Positions 1 through 9,244 of a stretch of DNA of 24,000 bases are shown here, one piece after another. The position numbers were made by a program, and so were the translations under genes. The notes under the pieces were generated by a model. It was not told the origin of the DNA. It was given only the letters and a program-made list of their open reading frames with translations, and made no database searches. Source of the DNA: Candidatus Heimdallarchaeota archaeon. Its GTDB lineage: Archaea > Asgardarchaeota > Heimdallarchaeia > Hodarchaeales > Hodarchaeaceae. How positions within the stretch are numbered: position 1 is the stretch's first letter; every line of letters starts with the position of its first letter. Location: NCBI GenBank assembly GCA_048881705.1, contig JBHLSH010000050.1, positions 4,915 to 28,914 on the forward strand, written 5' to 3'.

Positions 1-132
1 GACGATTAATGAGATCTATAGCTATTTTATCAGGGCAGAGAAAGAAGCCGCGAAATTGCAATAGCGCTTTTTATTTGATTTCAGCACACGGGCCAAGTCC
101 AACCTTTAATTATAGGCGGATGTGAATAATAG

Positions 133-942
133 GTGAAAGTAAAAGATGATCAGTTTCTATCAGTGGCCATTGCAGCTGCAAAGTCAGGAGGAGAAACACT
201 CCTGGATATGTACGGAAAGGTAGAAATAACCTATAAATCGGATAAAAGTATCGTTACTCAAGCTGATCTTCAAGCTGACAATAGAATTCGAGAAATATTG
301 ACAGAAGAGTTTCCAAAGCATTCAATTTTGAGTGAGGAGTCCGATGAAAGCTTTGAAATCGAAAAAGGGGGGTCCTCAAGCAAGTATCTATGGGCAATTG
401 ACCCGTTAGATGGAACAACAAATTATGCCTGCCAGAATCCGTTCTTCTGTGTCTCAATCGGCCTACTGGTTGATCAACAACCTTTTCTTGGCGCGATATA
501 TTTTCCTATACAGGATGAACTCTTCTATGCTAAGGTAGGAGAAGGAGCGTTTCTGAATGACAGAAAAATCCACGTAGGATTAGGAGTATCCCTTGAGAAT
601 GCTTTTTTATCCTATGGTAATGCAAGAGATCTGAAGAATCGGCAGACCATTGCCCGAATCTTTCCTAAACTTAAAATCAAAAGTAACAAGCTAAGGCAGG
701 TTGGTTCGCCAGCCTTGGCGTTATGCTTTGTCGCATCAGGACGTTTTAGTGCATTCTTTATGCCTGGTGTAAACCTATGGGATGTTGCAGCTGGGATCCT
801 AATTACAAAAGAGGCGAATGGTACCGTCACAGATTTTCATAACAAGCCATTTTCATTGCATTCTACGAGTATTGTTGCAGCTAGTCCAACGGTTCATTCG
901 GAAATACTGCCTTTTCTGACAAACACAAACCAAGATTTTTAA
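133..942 (+). CDS. suhB: inositol monophosphatase family protein (IMPase/FBPase type, SuhB-like)
   Basis: 269-aa ORF with a GTG start. IMPase signatures WAIDPLDGTTNY and WDVAAG, plus the acidic metal-binding stretch LSEESDE. TATA-like tttaattata lies about 24 nt upstream. Confidence 0.85.
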   Translation: MKVKDDQFLSVAIAAAKSGGETLLDMYGKVEITYKSDKSIVTQADLQADNRIREILTEEFPKHSILSEESDESFEIEKGGSSSKYLWAIDPLDGTTNYACQNPFFCVSIGLLVDQQPFLGAIYFPIQDELFYAKVGEGAFLNDRKIHVGLGVSLENAFLSYGNARDLKNRQTIARIFPKLKIKSNKLRQVGSPALALCFVASGRFSAFFMPGVNLWDVAAGILITKEANGTVTDFHNKPFSLHSTSIVAASPTVHSEILPFLTNTNQDF

Positions 943-964
943 TGTAAAAAGTGATTTTCCACTT

Positions 965-1618
965 ATGAGAACTTTAATTGTCACTGCTTCGTCGAAGAGT
1001 AAAAGAAACGAAAACCAGGTTTTCAAAAAACCTCGTAAAACATTTTCCGACTCGATAAGTGAGAAGAATCGGGAAGAACTTCTAGGGGCGCGAAGCAGTC
1101 TTCTAAAAGAGTTCGGTCTCTCTGAGGGGCCTGACACCCACTTGAATCTTAAACCAACTGACGAAAAAGAATTTCTTCCAGCATATTCCAGATATAAGGG
1201 AAGAACATTTTCAAAAGTAACAGAGGAAGCGTGGACCGAACTAAGACAGAATGACGATTTAGATTGTGTCATTCTCTCCGCCTATTACGGTTTAATACGC
1301 TTTAATGAGCCCATCCGAAATTATGAGATAAAACAAGTAACGAAATTGCCATCTGGATCGACCATTGGCAGATTCTGGAAAAATTCAGGAGCAGGACGCT
1401 GGCTTTTTGATTACATAGAAAATAATGAGATTGATGATGTTAAATTTGTGCTATCTACCTCGTACTCAGATATAATTCAAAAAGAAACACTCATGAATCG
1501 TCTTAAAGACGAGTTAAATGTTCCAAGTGAAGACCAGCAGTTCAAACACGGCGGCGGAATGAAATCTATGACCTTAAGAGGTCAATACATTAACGATTTG
1601 TTACTAAATAAGCTGTGA
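965..1618 (+). CDS. YaaA/DUF328-like protein (peroxide-stress protein family), tentative
   Basis: 217-aa ORF, ATG start 22 nt after the IMPase stop. Segments AYSRYKGRTF, ILSAYYGLIRFNEPIRNYEIK, GRFWKN and VKFVLSTSY align by eye with E. coli YaaA blocks ([45 protein letters not shown]). Confidence 0.5.
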   Translation: MRTLIVTASSKSKRNENQVFKKPRKTFSDSISEKNREELLGARSSLLKEFGLSEGPDTHLNLKPTDEKEFLPAYSRYKGRTFSKVTEEAWTELRQNDDLDCVILSAYYGLIRFNEPIRNYEIKQVTKLPSGSTIGRFWKNSGAGRWLFDYIENNEIDDVKFVLSTSYSDIIQKETLMNRLKDELNVPSEDQQFKHGGGMKSMTLRGQYINDLLLNKL

Positions 1619-1672
1619 AGTGTCGCTAAAACCTTCTAAATACGAATATTGGAATTACCACTTCCATAAAGG

Positions 1673-1680
1673 TTTAAGTA
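1673..1680 (+). promoter_or_regulatory. TATA-box-like element (tttaagta) centred about 27 nt upstream of the ATG at 1703; leaderless-type archaeal promoter candidate
   Basis: AT-rich octamer at the canonical archaeal TATA distance. No SD between it and the ATG. Confidence 0.35.
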
Positions 1681-1702
1681 TCATAACCTCTGTTTTTCTC
1701 TT

Positions 1703-2635
1703 ATGAAAATTGGTTTACAAATTCCAAACCTAACATTTCCAAAAGGAAGAGATTCCTTTTCTGAAGATTTCCGAAAGATTGTTCAAACTGCGGATGAATC
1801 AGGTTTTTCTAGCCTGTGGGTGATGGACCATTTCTTTCAAATCGGTGGCCCTGAAAGCCATCTTTTGGGACCAGCCGAGGATGATATGTATGAAAGCTAT
1901 TCATTGCTCAACTATGCGGCGGCACTGACTAGCAATGTAAAATTAGGCACCATGGTAACAGGAAACAATTATCGCCATCCAGGGATGTTGGTAAAAGCAG
2001 TAACGACGCTGGACATATTATCTAAGGGCCGAGCTTACTTTGGAATTGGTGCAGGATGGTTTGAACGAGAATCAATAGGATTGGGCATTCCTTTTTTCAA
2101 TTGGAAGATTAGATTCGAAATGCTTGAGGAATCACTGCAAATAATAAAACAAATGTGGTCGGATAATGATGGTGAATATAAGGGGAAACACTATCAATTA
2201 AAGGAAACACTATGTAGTCCACCTCCTATTCAACAATTTCCACCCATTTTAATCGGTGGAATGGGGCCAAACAAAACCCTCAGATTCGTTGCCAAATATG
2301 CTGATGCCTGTAACCTCTTTTTAGGAGGTGGAATTGAGAAGGTTGAAGAAGCATTGGAGACTCTTAAACGGCATTGTCGGACTGAAGGCCGAAACTATGA
2401 TGAAATAGAGAAAACTACTTTAGGATCAGTCTTCCTAGATCAACCAAATGTTCCAGAGAAATCAGCACGAGGAAGTAAAAACCTGAAAAGCGTTGAGGAC
2501 ATTCTGTCAATGCTAAAGACTCTAGCTGACATGGGAATAGACCATGCGATCTTTAATATGAGAAATCCGTTATCTGACCAAGAACCCCTTTCGATATTTC
2601 AGGATGAAATTATTCCCTTCGCTCGTGCTTTCTAA
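1703..2635 (+). CDS. LLM-class (luciferase-like) flavin/F420-dependent oxidoreductase
   Basis: 310-aa ORF. The N-terminus MKIGLQIP...GFSSLWVMDHF and the GIGAGW / ILIGGMGP blocks are typical of the luciferase-like monooxygenase superfamily, Rv1855c-like F420 subgroup. Confidence 0.8.
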   Translation: MKIGLQIPNLTFPKGRDSFSEDFRKIVQTADESGFSSLWVMDHFFQIGGPESHLLGPAEDDMYESYSLLNYAAALTSNVKLGTMVTGNNYRHPGMLVKAVTTLDILSKGRAYFGIGAGWFERESIGLGIPFFNWKIRFEMLEESLQIIKQMWSDNDGEYKGKHYQLKETLCSPPPIQQFPPILIGGMGPNKTLRFVAKYADACNLFLGGGIEKVEEALETLKRHCRTEGRNYDEIEKTTLGSVFLDQPNVPEKSARGSKNLKSVEDILSMLKTLADMGIDHAIFNMRNPLSDQEPLSIFQDEIIPFARAF

Positions 2636-2781
2636 TCCTTCAAACCGTTTCGACATATCTTTGATCTTGAATAATAAGGAATCTTATAACGGGATGAATT
2701 TTTCGCTACCAACTTTTCATGAGTTAAACGTTGGTTTGCACATCTGCTATATATCCTTATTAATGTGTTACACCAAACAAG

Positions 2782-3534
2782 CTATTCTTCTTCCAGAATT
2801 TTCTTGCTCGAATTTAAGTGGTGTCTTATTGTCGCCTCATCATATGCTGGGGCTTTTGATGTTAATATCTGCATAAATCCAGAGATTAAAAAATCAGTAT
2901 CAAGCAAAACTTCAATTATTTCTCTGTCCATCGATGGACATATAATAGTGTAGTGAACCACTTCATTAAAGGAAAGAACATATAGTTTCCGCCTCAAACT
3001 TCCCTTTTTCAATCGATCTATCACACTATTTCGAATTTTTTTCCAAGTTTGGTTTATTTCGGCCTTCATTTTCTGGATTAATATGCGTAGATTTTGCTCC
3101 TCTATCAAAATAGTTCTCATTGAGGATATGATCGCCCATGGATAGCTAGGGCCCAATTCAGAGTCAGGATATTCCCATTCGATACGTAAACTGCTATCAA
3201 GAAGAGAAGAATAATCAAACCAGCCAAGTTGAAAAAAACCTCTTACGATACAAAGAATTTCACGTGTATCTATATTTTCAGCCCATAAAGTGAAAATACG
3301 AACACTTTCCTCATTTATATCCGATAATCCTTCATCTTTTTTTTCAGCGTGAATATTTGTATAATCCATCATCCAGTCCCCGAAACGATCAAAAAGATCT
3401 GTGGCTTCAATTTGCCTATTTGGGAAAAATTTCCTTATAATTCTTCTATCAAATTCCTGTCTTCTCTTAGTGTCAATCGCTTCTTCTCTACCATTATGAA
3501 ATTGAATTTGAGCTGTTTTTAAAACTTTATTCAT
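2782..3534 (-). CDS. hypothetical protein (no family recognised)
   Basis: 250-aa ORF with an ATG start, convergent with the LLM gene. No recognisable motif. Predicted soluble and mixed alpha/beta by eye. Confidence 0.5.
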   Translation of the reverse strand: MNKVLKTAQIQFHNGREEAIDTKRRQEFDRRIIRKFFPNRQIEATDLFDRFGDWMMDYTNIHAEKKDEGLSDINEESVRIFTLWAENIDTREILCIVRGFFQLGWFDYSSLLDSSLRIEWEYPDSELGPSYPWAIISSMRTILIEEQNLRILIQKMKAEINQTWKKIRNSVIDRLKKGSLRRKLYVLSFNEVVHYTIICPSMDREIIEVLLDTDFLISGFMQILTSKAPAYDEATIRHHLNSSKKILEEE

Positions 3535-4376
3535 GGAATATCACAAGATCAAGCTGTTTAAGATTAAAACGCCTATTCTCTACTTTTTTCGACCTTTAAA
3601 TATTTTCTGTTCTGTTTTGATCGATGGTTATCCGACATGTCAAAAGCCATGAAAAATCCTAGGAAAAAATATCCACAGATATTTCCTTTATGGAGTCTAT
3701 GTTACAAACGTTATTGATTTATTAGAAAATTTTTCGCAAATCAATTTTACGTGAACATCAGGGATGGATTGCTTCATTTCTACGAATTTGATGATCCTAG
3801 TATGAAGGAAAGTACGAAAGCTACCTACACATACCTGATATCAGAGATGTGATACTTGTTAACCCTAAGAATCATCGATGTACTCGATATAGCCATGTCA
3901 CTATAGAAAAGAGGTTTAGTTCTTACACTTTGGCATTTTGTATAGACTGGACCTTGTATATCCGATTTCTGAAGGATCTCTACAGAAGTCTCCCACCCCT
4001 ATGATCTAGATATCTATTGAGGTTATGTAAACTCAAGGGGGAAGGTGATTAGAAAGCAAGATTTTAATTCTCAAGATAATGGAGAGTCCATCACATGCAC
4101 GTACAACTTCAAACTAGTAATTCTAATGTGGATTCAGAGGGTAGCTCCAAAGAAACAGAGAAATCAGATGTTCAACTATTTCAAGTTCAAACCGATCCTC
4201 ATGATCTAATCCAATGCTCAGTATTTGTGAAGAAATCCTTCACTTCGCTCGAGATTTGTTATTATTACGATTTTAAAGGTAAAACCTTTCCGATTTTTTC
4301 CCTCCTATAAACAGGGTTTGATATTAATATACAATAGAATCCTTAACCAATTTCCTCTGGAGAATTTTAAATCCTC

Positions 4377-5117
4377 ATGAGAAAGCATAACCTACAAACA
4401 CATTCAACACTTTCAGACGGCAGCCTTGAGCCGAGAAGATTAGTGCAGCTCGCACAACAAAAAAATCTAGAGATTCTAGGGATAACGGATCACGCTTTTA
4501 CGGATAAGTTGCCGCCAACCCACCAGATTACATCTTCATTAATACAATATCTCGAGGATCTAAGGGAGGTACAGGAATCATTAAGCGAAACGTCAAGTTT
4601 CCAATTGAAAATCGGGATAGAAATTGACGTATCGAAACATTACGGTATAAATCCCATGGAATTACCTTTTTCTGTCTTAAATGGCTTTGATTATATCCTG
4701 TTCGAATATGTGAACACAGAAACTGAATATTGGGGAACAATCGGGAAGCGTGATATACAAGATCTGTTAGATATTAGGACAAAACTAAAGGTTCCTATTG
4801 GACTAGCTCATAATGATCTCCAAAACAATTTTCAGGGTGAAGAAACCAGAATCGCAAAGATTTTATCTAATTACGACATTTTTTTAGAGTTGAATCAATC
4901 GGAATGGCATCCACGAAGAGGAGCAGGTCGAAATACAAGAGACGGACAAGACTATTACCTACATTTCTCACAAGAACTGATACAGGAGCTACTTACTCAT
5001 AGGGTGAAAGTTGTAATTGGAACAGATTCTCATACTGGCGAAAGTATCGGGGAAATTAATCAAGTAACCCAATTTATTGAAGAATACAAGTTTCAACTTC
5101 ATGAGATGGTGTTGTAG
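4377..5117 (+). CDS. PHP-domain metal-dependent phosphoesterase (histidinol-phosphatase-like)
   Basis: 246-aa ORF. N-terminal HSTLSDGS...LGITDH motif, internal AHND, and C-terminal GTDSH histidine/aspartate cluster typical of PHP domains. Confidence 0.75.
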   Translation: MRKHNLQTHSTLSDGSLEPRRLVQLAQQKNLEILGITDHAFTDKLPPTHQITSSLIQYLEDLREVQESLSETSSFQLKIGIEIDVSKHYGINPMELPFSVLNGFDYILFEYVNTETEYWGTIGKRDIQDLLDIRTKLKVPIGLAHNDLQNNFQGEETRIAKILSNYDIFLELNQSEWHPRRGAGRNTRDGQDYYLHFSQELIQELLTHRVKVVIGTDSHTGESIGEINQVTQFIEEYKFQLHEMVL

Positions 5118-5184
5118 CGAACTAGACGTTCATTAGGCAGTTGGATTGGTTCGAAATCCTGACAATTGCTCTCGTAATTCCCGC

Positions 5185-5931
5185 CTACCCTTCTTCGGTT
5201 ATCGGCCTAAGGGCGAATTTCGCCAACTCTACTGCTGCTAAAGTCGAATTAGAGTTTAGTATTAGCTCGCCCAATATTTTAACAGCTTCTTGATTCTTAT
5301 TTTCCATATTCAAAATAAGAGCTTTGTTAATTAAAAGAATACCTTTTGTTTCAGGATCTGGATTATTATTTAAGCCATTTTCTATTGCTTTTTTCCGTTC
5401 CGACACATCTTTAAGCATAGATGATAATTCTTTCCAAGCTGGTGGATAATCTGGCAAATATTTTAATAAGGAGATAACTTTTTCCTTTTTCTGTTCTGGA
5501 TCGTGTATCCATTCGAGTTGTAAATAAGCTAGGTATGTGCCTTGGGGTAATTCTCCCTTTTTTTCCTTTTTCAGAGTAAATAAAGCAACCTTGGAAGTAA
5601 AGAAACCTTTTGGAGCTAGATCGTCAACCTTTTCATAGGTCAATTATGCCTGGTTAAAGTCTTCATATAACAGGTAGGTAAACGCTAGGTCATATAATGG
5701 ATATGGCCATTTGGGAGCCTCACGATGTGCTTCTTCCAGTAATTCTATTGCTTTACTATAGTTTCCGGATTGTCCATACACCCTAGCCTGTTGGTGTAAC
5801 CCTTTTGCTCTTTGAGAAACGTTTTCTATTCCAATAATTTCATAATCTACTCTTCCTGTGATATTCCGCAAATCTTCTCTCTTTATTGTATTCCCTTGAT
5901 CATCTTTGAATATTATTTTAGTATTTTTCAT
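5185..5931 (-). pseudogene. TPR-repeat protein in one continuous frame, interrupted by a single in-frame TAA at 5644-5646 (pseudogene, readthrough or sequencing error)
   Basis: The ORFs 5644-5931 and 5185-5643 share one frame and are separated only by the TAA. A 34-residue TPR motif (A8, Y11, A20, stop at position 21, Y24, V27, P32) spans the stop. A strong SD (GAGGTGA) precedes the ATG at 5931, and none precedes the downstream TTG. Confidence 0.55.
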
Positions 5932-6207
5932 TCCTTCACCTCTAGATCCATAAGATAAATGCTAGAAAAACTATATTTCAGGATTATCTTTCCAAATACC
6001 AACAAATTTCATTATCAGTTAGAATAGCCATTTGTAATTTTTTCGTAATATGACGTCAAAGATAGGTTTGGCGACATCCCCGTAAATCAAAGATGTGTGT
6101 TCAACAAATCAACCAAATTTCTAAATGCTCTTTTCAATTGTATAATGGTTTTTTAATTCGTTAGATGTTGGTTAAGAATACAAAGTATTTACCAAAGTTC
6201 AACCACC

Positions 6208-7200
6208 TTAATAATATATTAATACTGATGATTTACTCTCTAGTTCCAAAAGTGTTTCCATATCAATTGGATTCCATCGTAGGTCGAGCTTTTTAAGACT
6301 ATTAGTATCTTGTAATGCTTTTGGTACAGACCTTAGTCTATTTGCACGAAGATCCAATACCTGCAGAGATAACATTGATCTCATAGGAAATTCCAAGTTC
6401 TCCAATCTATTATTTCTAAAACTACATTCTACTAGATTAGTTAGATCGCCAAATCTAGCAGGAACTGCCATTATTAGGTTATTTTTGAAATCTGCTTTAA
6501 CTAAGGATTTTAAATCTCCAAATGTCTCTGGTAGGGAGCTTAGATTGTTGCTCATAACGTATATCTCTTGAAGGTTCTCAAGTTCTCCGATGTTATCTTG
6601 TAGTTTGACGAGTTTATTATCATGTAATCTGAATTCTATTAAGTTTTGGAGTTTACTAAAGTATTCTGGTAGCTCTTCAAATTGATTTTCACTAATATTC
6701 AAGTAGATAAGATTATGTAAACCCTTTATTGATTCGTGTAAGTGTTTTAACTTATTATTATGTAAATATAAGAACTTTAGCGATTTTAATTGTCCTATAG
6801 AGTTTGGTATGTTCTCAAGTTGATTATTGGCAGCGTCTAGTACTTCCAGATTTTGTAAGCTTCCTATTGAAATTGGTAAAGTTATCAACTTGTTATCGTG
6901 AATAAAGAGTTGTTTAAGATTTCCTAAAGACCCTATACTTTCAGGAAGGGATCTTAAACCGCAAAATCTAAGTGAGAGCCCCACTACTGTTCCATTAACA
7001 ATTTTCACACATACTTTTGCATCATAGATGTGTTGGTTGTGCTCTAATGTCTTGATATTTTCTCCTTCATTTAACTTCCCAGTCTCATACAACAACCTGG
7101 TGATTTCACTTAAAGCGTGCTCTTCATTCTGCGAGATCATAATGATCAATCCATCTGTTTTTCGTGAAATCTTATCTAAGTTAATTACATTTTTAGTCAT
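6208..7200 (-). CDS. leucine-rich repeat (LRR) protein, 11 x 23-residue repeats
   Basis: 330-aa ORF. Eleven consecutive 23-aa units fit LxxLxLxxNxLxxLPxxIGxLxx. About 70 aa at the N-terminus are non-repeat. No obvious signal peptide or TM segment. Confidence 0.9.
   Translation of the reverse strand: MTKNVINLDKISRKTDGLIIMISQNEEHALSEITRLLYETGKLNEGENIKTLEHNQHIYDAKVCVKIVNGTVVGLSLRFCGLRSLPESIGSLGNLKQLFIHDNKLITLPISIGSLQNLEVLDAANNQLENIPNSIGQLKSLKFLYLHNNKLKHLHESIKGLHNLIYLNISENQFEELPEYFSKLQNLIEFRLHDNKLVKLQDNIGELENLQEIYVMSNNLSSLPETFGDLKSLVKADFKNNLIMAVPARFGDLTNLVECSFRNNRLENLEFPMRSMLSLQVLDLRANRLRSVPKALQDTNSLKKLDLRWNPIDMETLLELESKSSVLIYY
6229..6987 (-). repeat. 69-bp periodic coding repeat array (11 LRR units) inside the LRR gene
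   Basis: The protein repeats are exactly 23 aa long, giving a 69-nt DNA period. The units have diverged at nucleotide level. Confidence 0.6.
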
Positions 7201-7413
7201 TAATAAGCGATCATAGAAGGGAAATATCGGTAATATTCATGGCTTATAGCAATATTCTACGCAAGATGGTTTGATGATGAATAGACATGATAGTAATTCG
7301 TCTCGAAACCTAAAATAAGCAGCAGAATCAAGTGTAAAGAAACGTATTGATCTAGTTTGTATTCGTGTAACTGGAATATGAGTTGGACAATCTATCAAAT
7401 ACTTGAAGGAATC

Positions 7414-7833
7414 TTAATAACTCCATAATCGTCGCCACATTACTCCATCGGTAAGTAGTAGCAGAATCAAGATAAGAATGGCAATGGCTGCATCAACTAT
7501 TCCCATCAGAAGGTACAAATTATCAAGATTCTGAACTGCCAAAGTAACAAGAACAATGACCAGGTAAGCTAAACGCGTTGTCACTGATCCAATTCCGATT
7601 ATCATCAATTCCCGCGGATCTTGAGCTGCATAAATCAGGAAATATCCCACGACAATTAGAAATAAGCCCGTTATCTGTACGAATATGGGTTCAGGTTTAT
7701 TCACACTAAAAAAGGAAAATAATGCATCCCAGAACAATAATAGTATAATCCCAGATAGGAGGTTATAGCTACCACCTAAAAGAAAAGACACTCTCAAATA
7801 CCAGTCATTTTTGATTTTTCTCAAAACAATCAC
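7414..7833 (-). CDS. small integral membrane protein (about 4 TM), unknown function
   Basis: 139-aa ORF with a GTG start. Four long hydrophobic segments. Confidence 0.55.
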   Translation of the reverse strand: MIVLRKIKNDWYLRVSFLLGGSYNLLSGIILLLFWDALFSFFSVNKPEPIFVQITGLFLIVVGYFLIYAAQDPRELMIIGIGSVTTRLAYLVIVLVTLAVQNLDNLYLLMGIVDAAIAILILILLLLTDGVMWRRLWSY

Positions 7834-8021
7834 AGTTCTAGATTGTTTTTTGAATAAATTAATTTTTTAGCGTATAATACATTGCAAATACAATATTAAA
7901 TTCCTTTTGCTCTCCTGTTCTTATGTCAACTCGAATTAAACTGACTGTCATTTTTGGGAATATAGATAGGAGGACATTATTAGCTCTTTTGGGAGGATAT
8001 CAGAGACGTTGAGTACATAAA

Positions 8022-8030
8022 TTTTTAAAT
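8022..8030 (+). promoter_or_regulatory. TATA-box-like element (tttttaaat) centred 27 nt upstream of the ATG at 8053; leaderless-type promoter candidate
   Basis: Canonical archaeal TATA spacing. No SD before the ATG. Confidence 0.35.
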
Positions 8031-8052
8031 GAATTAACTACCTAGATAATTT

Positions 8053-9042
8053 ATGAAAATTCTTCTAACAGGAGCTTTTGGGAACTTAGGCACTTCCTGC
8101 ATCAAGGAACTTGCCAAACAGGGACATGAAATACGTTGTTTTGATATTAAGTCAAAAATGACGGAAATAAGATTTGAAAAATATAGGAACACTCCAAAAA
8201 TGGAAGTGGTTTGGGGGGATATTCTTGATAAAAATTCTATAAGAAATGCACTTGAAGGGATAGAAGGGATAATTCATACTGCCGCAATTATACCACCTCC
8301 ATCGGAACAGAATCCTGAATTAGCGAAAAAAGTAAATGTAACGGGGACTAAAAATCTCATTGAAGAAGCAGAAGCATTTTCAGATATAAATCATTTTGTT
8401 TTTGCTAGTTCGGTTTCGGTTCACGGTCCTCAAAAACCGAGTAATCCTCTATTAAAGGTCACTGATCCCCTAAAACCAACCGATAATTACACTCACCATA
8501 AAGTCGAGTGTGAAGAATACATCTATAACTGTAAATTGAATTGGACCATCATCCGATTTGGAGCAATCCTTGCAGTCGAGACTGCAGGTCAACCAAGAGG
8601 GGGTTTGGATGATGTTGCACTAGAATTTCTTTTTGGAATACCGTTAGAACAAAAAGTTGAGGCTATCCATTCATATGATGCGGCACGTGCAATGGTTAAT
8701 GCACTAGGCAACGATCGTGCGGTGAAAAGTATATTTTTTGGAGGTGGAGGAAAAGAATGTCAGTTATATCAAAAAGAGTTTATTTTTCCATTTTTAGAAG
8801 ACATGGGTATAGGAGGAATGCCAGATGATGTGTTCAAACAAGCACAGTCGGATTCTGATTGGTATTATACTCACTGGATGGATACAACAGAATCACAAGA
8901 GGTTTTGCAATATCAAAATATTACTTACGATCAATATCTAAGAGATAAAAAGAAACCCAATATATTAAATCGATTTTTAATGTTCTTTATTGGTCCTTTC
9001 ATAAAAAGGAGCTTAATAAAGAAATCACCCTACAAAAGATAA
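8053..9042 (+). CDS. NAD(P)-dependent epimerase/dehydratase family (extended SDR) protein
   Basis: 329-aa ORF. N-terminal Rossmann motif MKILLTGAFGNLG. A YxxxK-like catalytic region (YTHHK). Basic, hydrophobic C-terminal tail. Confidence 0.8.
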   Translation: MKILLTGAFGNLGTSCIKELAKQGHEIRCFDIKSKMTEIRFEKYRNTPKMEVVWGDILDKNSIRNALEGIEGIIHTAAIIPPPSEQNPELAKKVNVTGTKNLIEEAEAFSDINHFVFASSVSVHGPQKPSNPLLKVTDPLKPTDNYTHHKVECEEYIYNCKLNWTIIRFGAILAVETAGQPRGGLDDVALEFLFGIPLEQKVEAIHSYDAARAMVNALGNDRAVKSIFFGGGGKECQLYQKEFIFPFLEDMGIGGMPDDVFKQAQSDSDWYYTHWMDTTESQEVLQYQNITYDQYLRDKKKPNILNRFLMFFIGPFIKRSLIKKSPYKR

Positions 9043-9211
9043 AAAAAATTCTAGAGCTATCTCTCCTATTTCGTTAAAGGTTGCTTAATGTTGAGTATAC
9101 AGGTATTGAATTCGATTTTATTCAAAATACGCTAAACAGACCTTTGACAACACAGATATGCCCGAAATGGTATCCTTGGGCTGGTTTGATAACATTTGAC
9201 TTCCTAGTCCC

Positions 9212-9219
9212 ATATATAA
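9212..9219 (+). promoter_or_regulatory. TATA-box-like element (atatataa) centred about 30 nt upstream of the ATG at 9245
   Basis: AT-rich box at archaeal promoter distance. No clear SD. Confidence 0.3.
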
Positions 9220-9244
9220 TACTGCACTTAAAGGCTCAAAGTAG

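Noticed and set aside
254-1272. Antisense ORFs 254-457, 612-830 and 853-1272 (minus strand)
   Set aside because: They lie fully inside, or straddle, the well-supported plus-strand IMPase and YaaA-like genes. Their products are Arg/Ser/Leu/Phe-rich shadow-frame sequences.
2604-2953. Plus-strand ORFs 2604-2876 and 2765-2953
   Set aside because: They overlap the end of the LLM gene and the 3-prime end of the minus-strand 250-aa gene. They have hydrophobic, junk-like composition and no start context.
3788-3838. C/D-box sRNA-like spacing (TGATGA at 3789-3794, CTGA at 3835-3838, 40 nt apart)
   Set aside because: The base before the C box is T, not a purine. The internal D-prime and C-prime positions read GGAA and GAAAGCT. 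There is no terminal stem flanking the boxes. A hexamer plus tetramer at this spacing can arise by chance in AT-rich DNA. It is kept only as a lead inside the 3535-4376 finding.
4095-4310. 71-aa ORF in the large intergenic gap
   Set aside because: No recognisable motif, a low-complexity Ser/Gln-rich composition, and only a weak distant SD. It cannot be supported as a gene from sequence alone.
5143-5159. tRNA T-arm look-alike: GGATT-GGTTCGA-AATCC
   Set aside because: The loop reads GGTTCGA rather than the TTCRANY register closed by a G-C pair. No complementary acceptor stem, D-arm or anticodon arm can be built from the flanks. It is more likely a simple hairpin between the convergent PHP and TPR genes.
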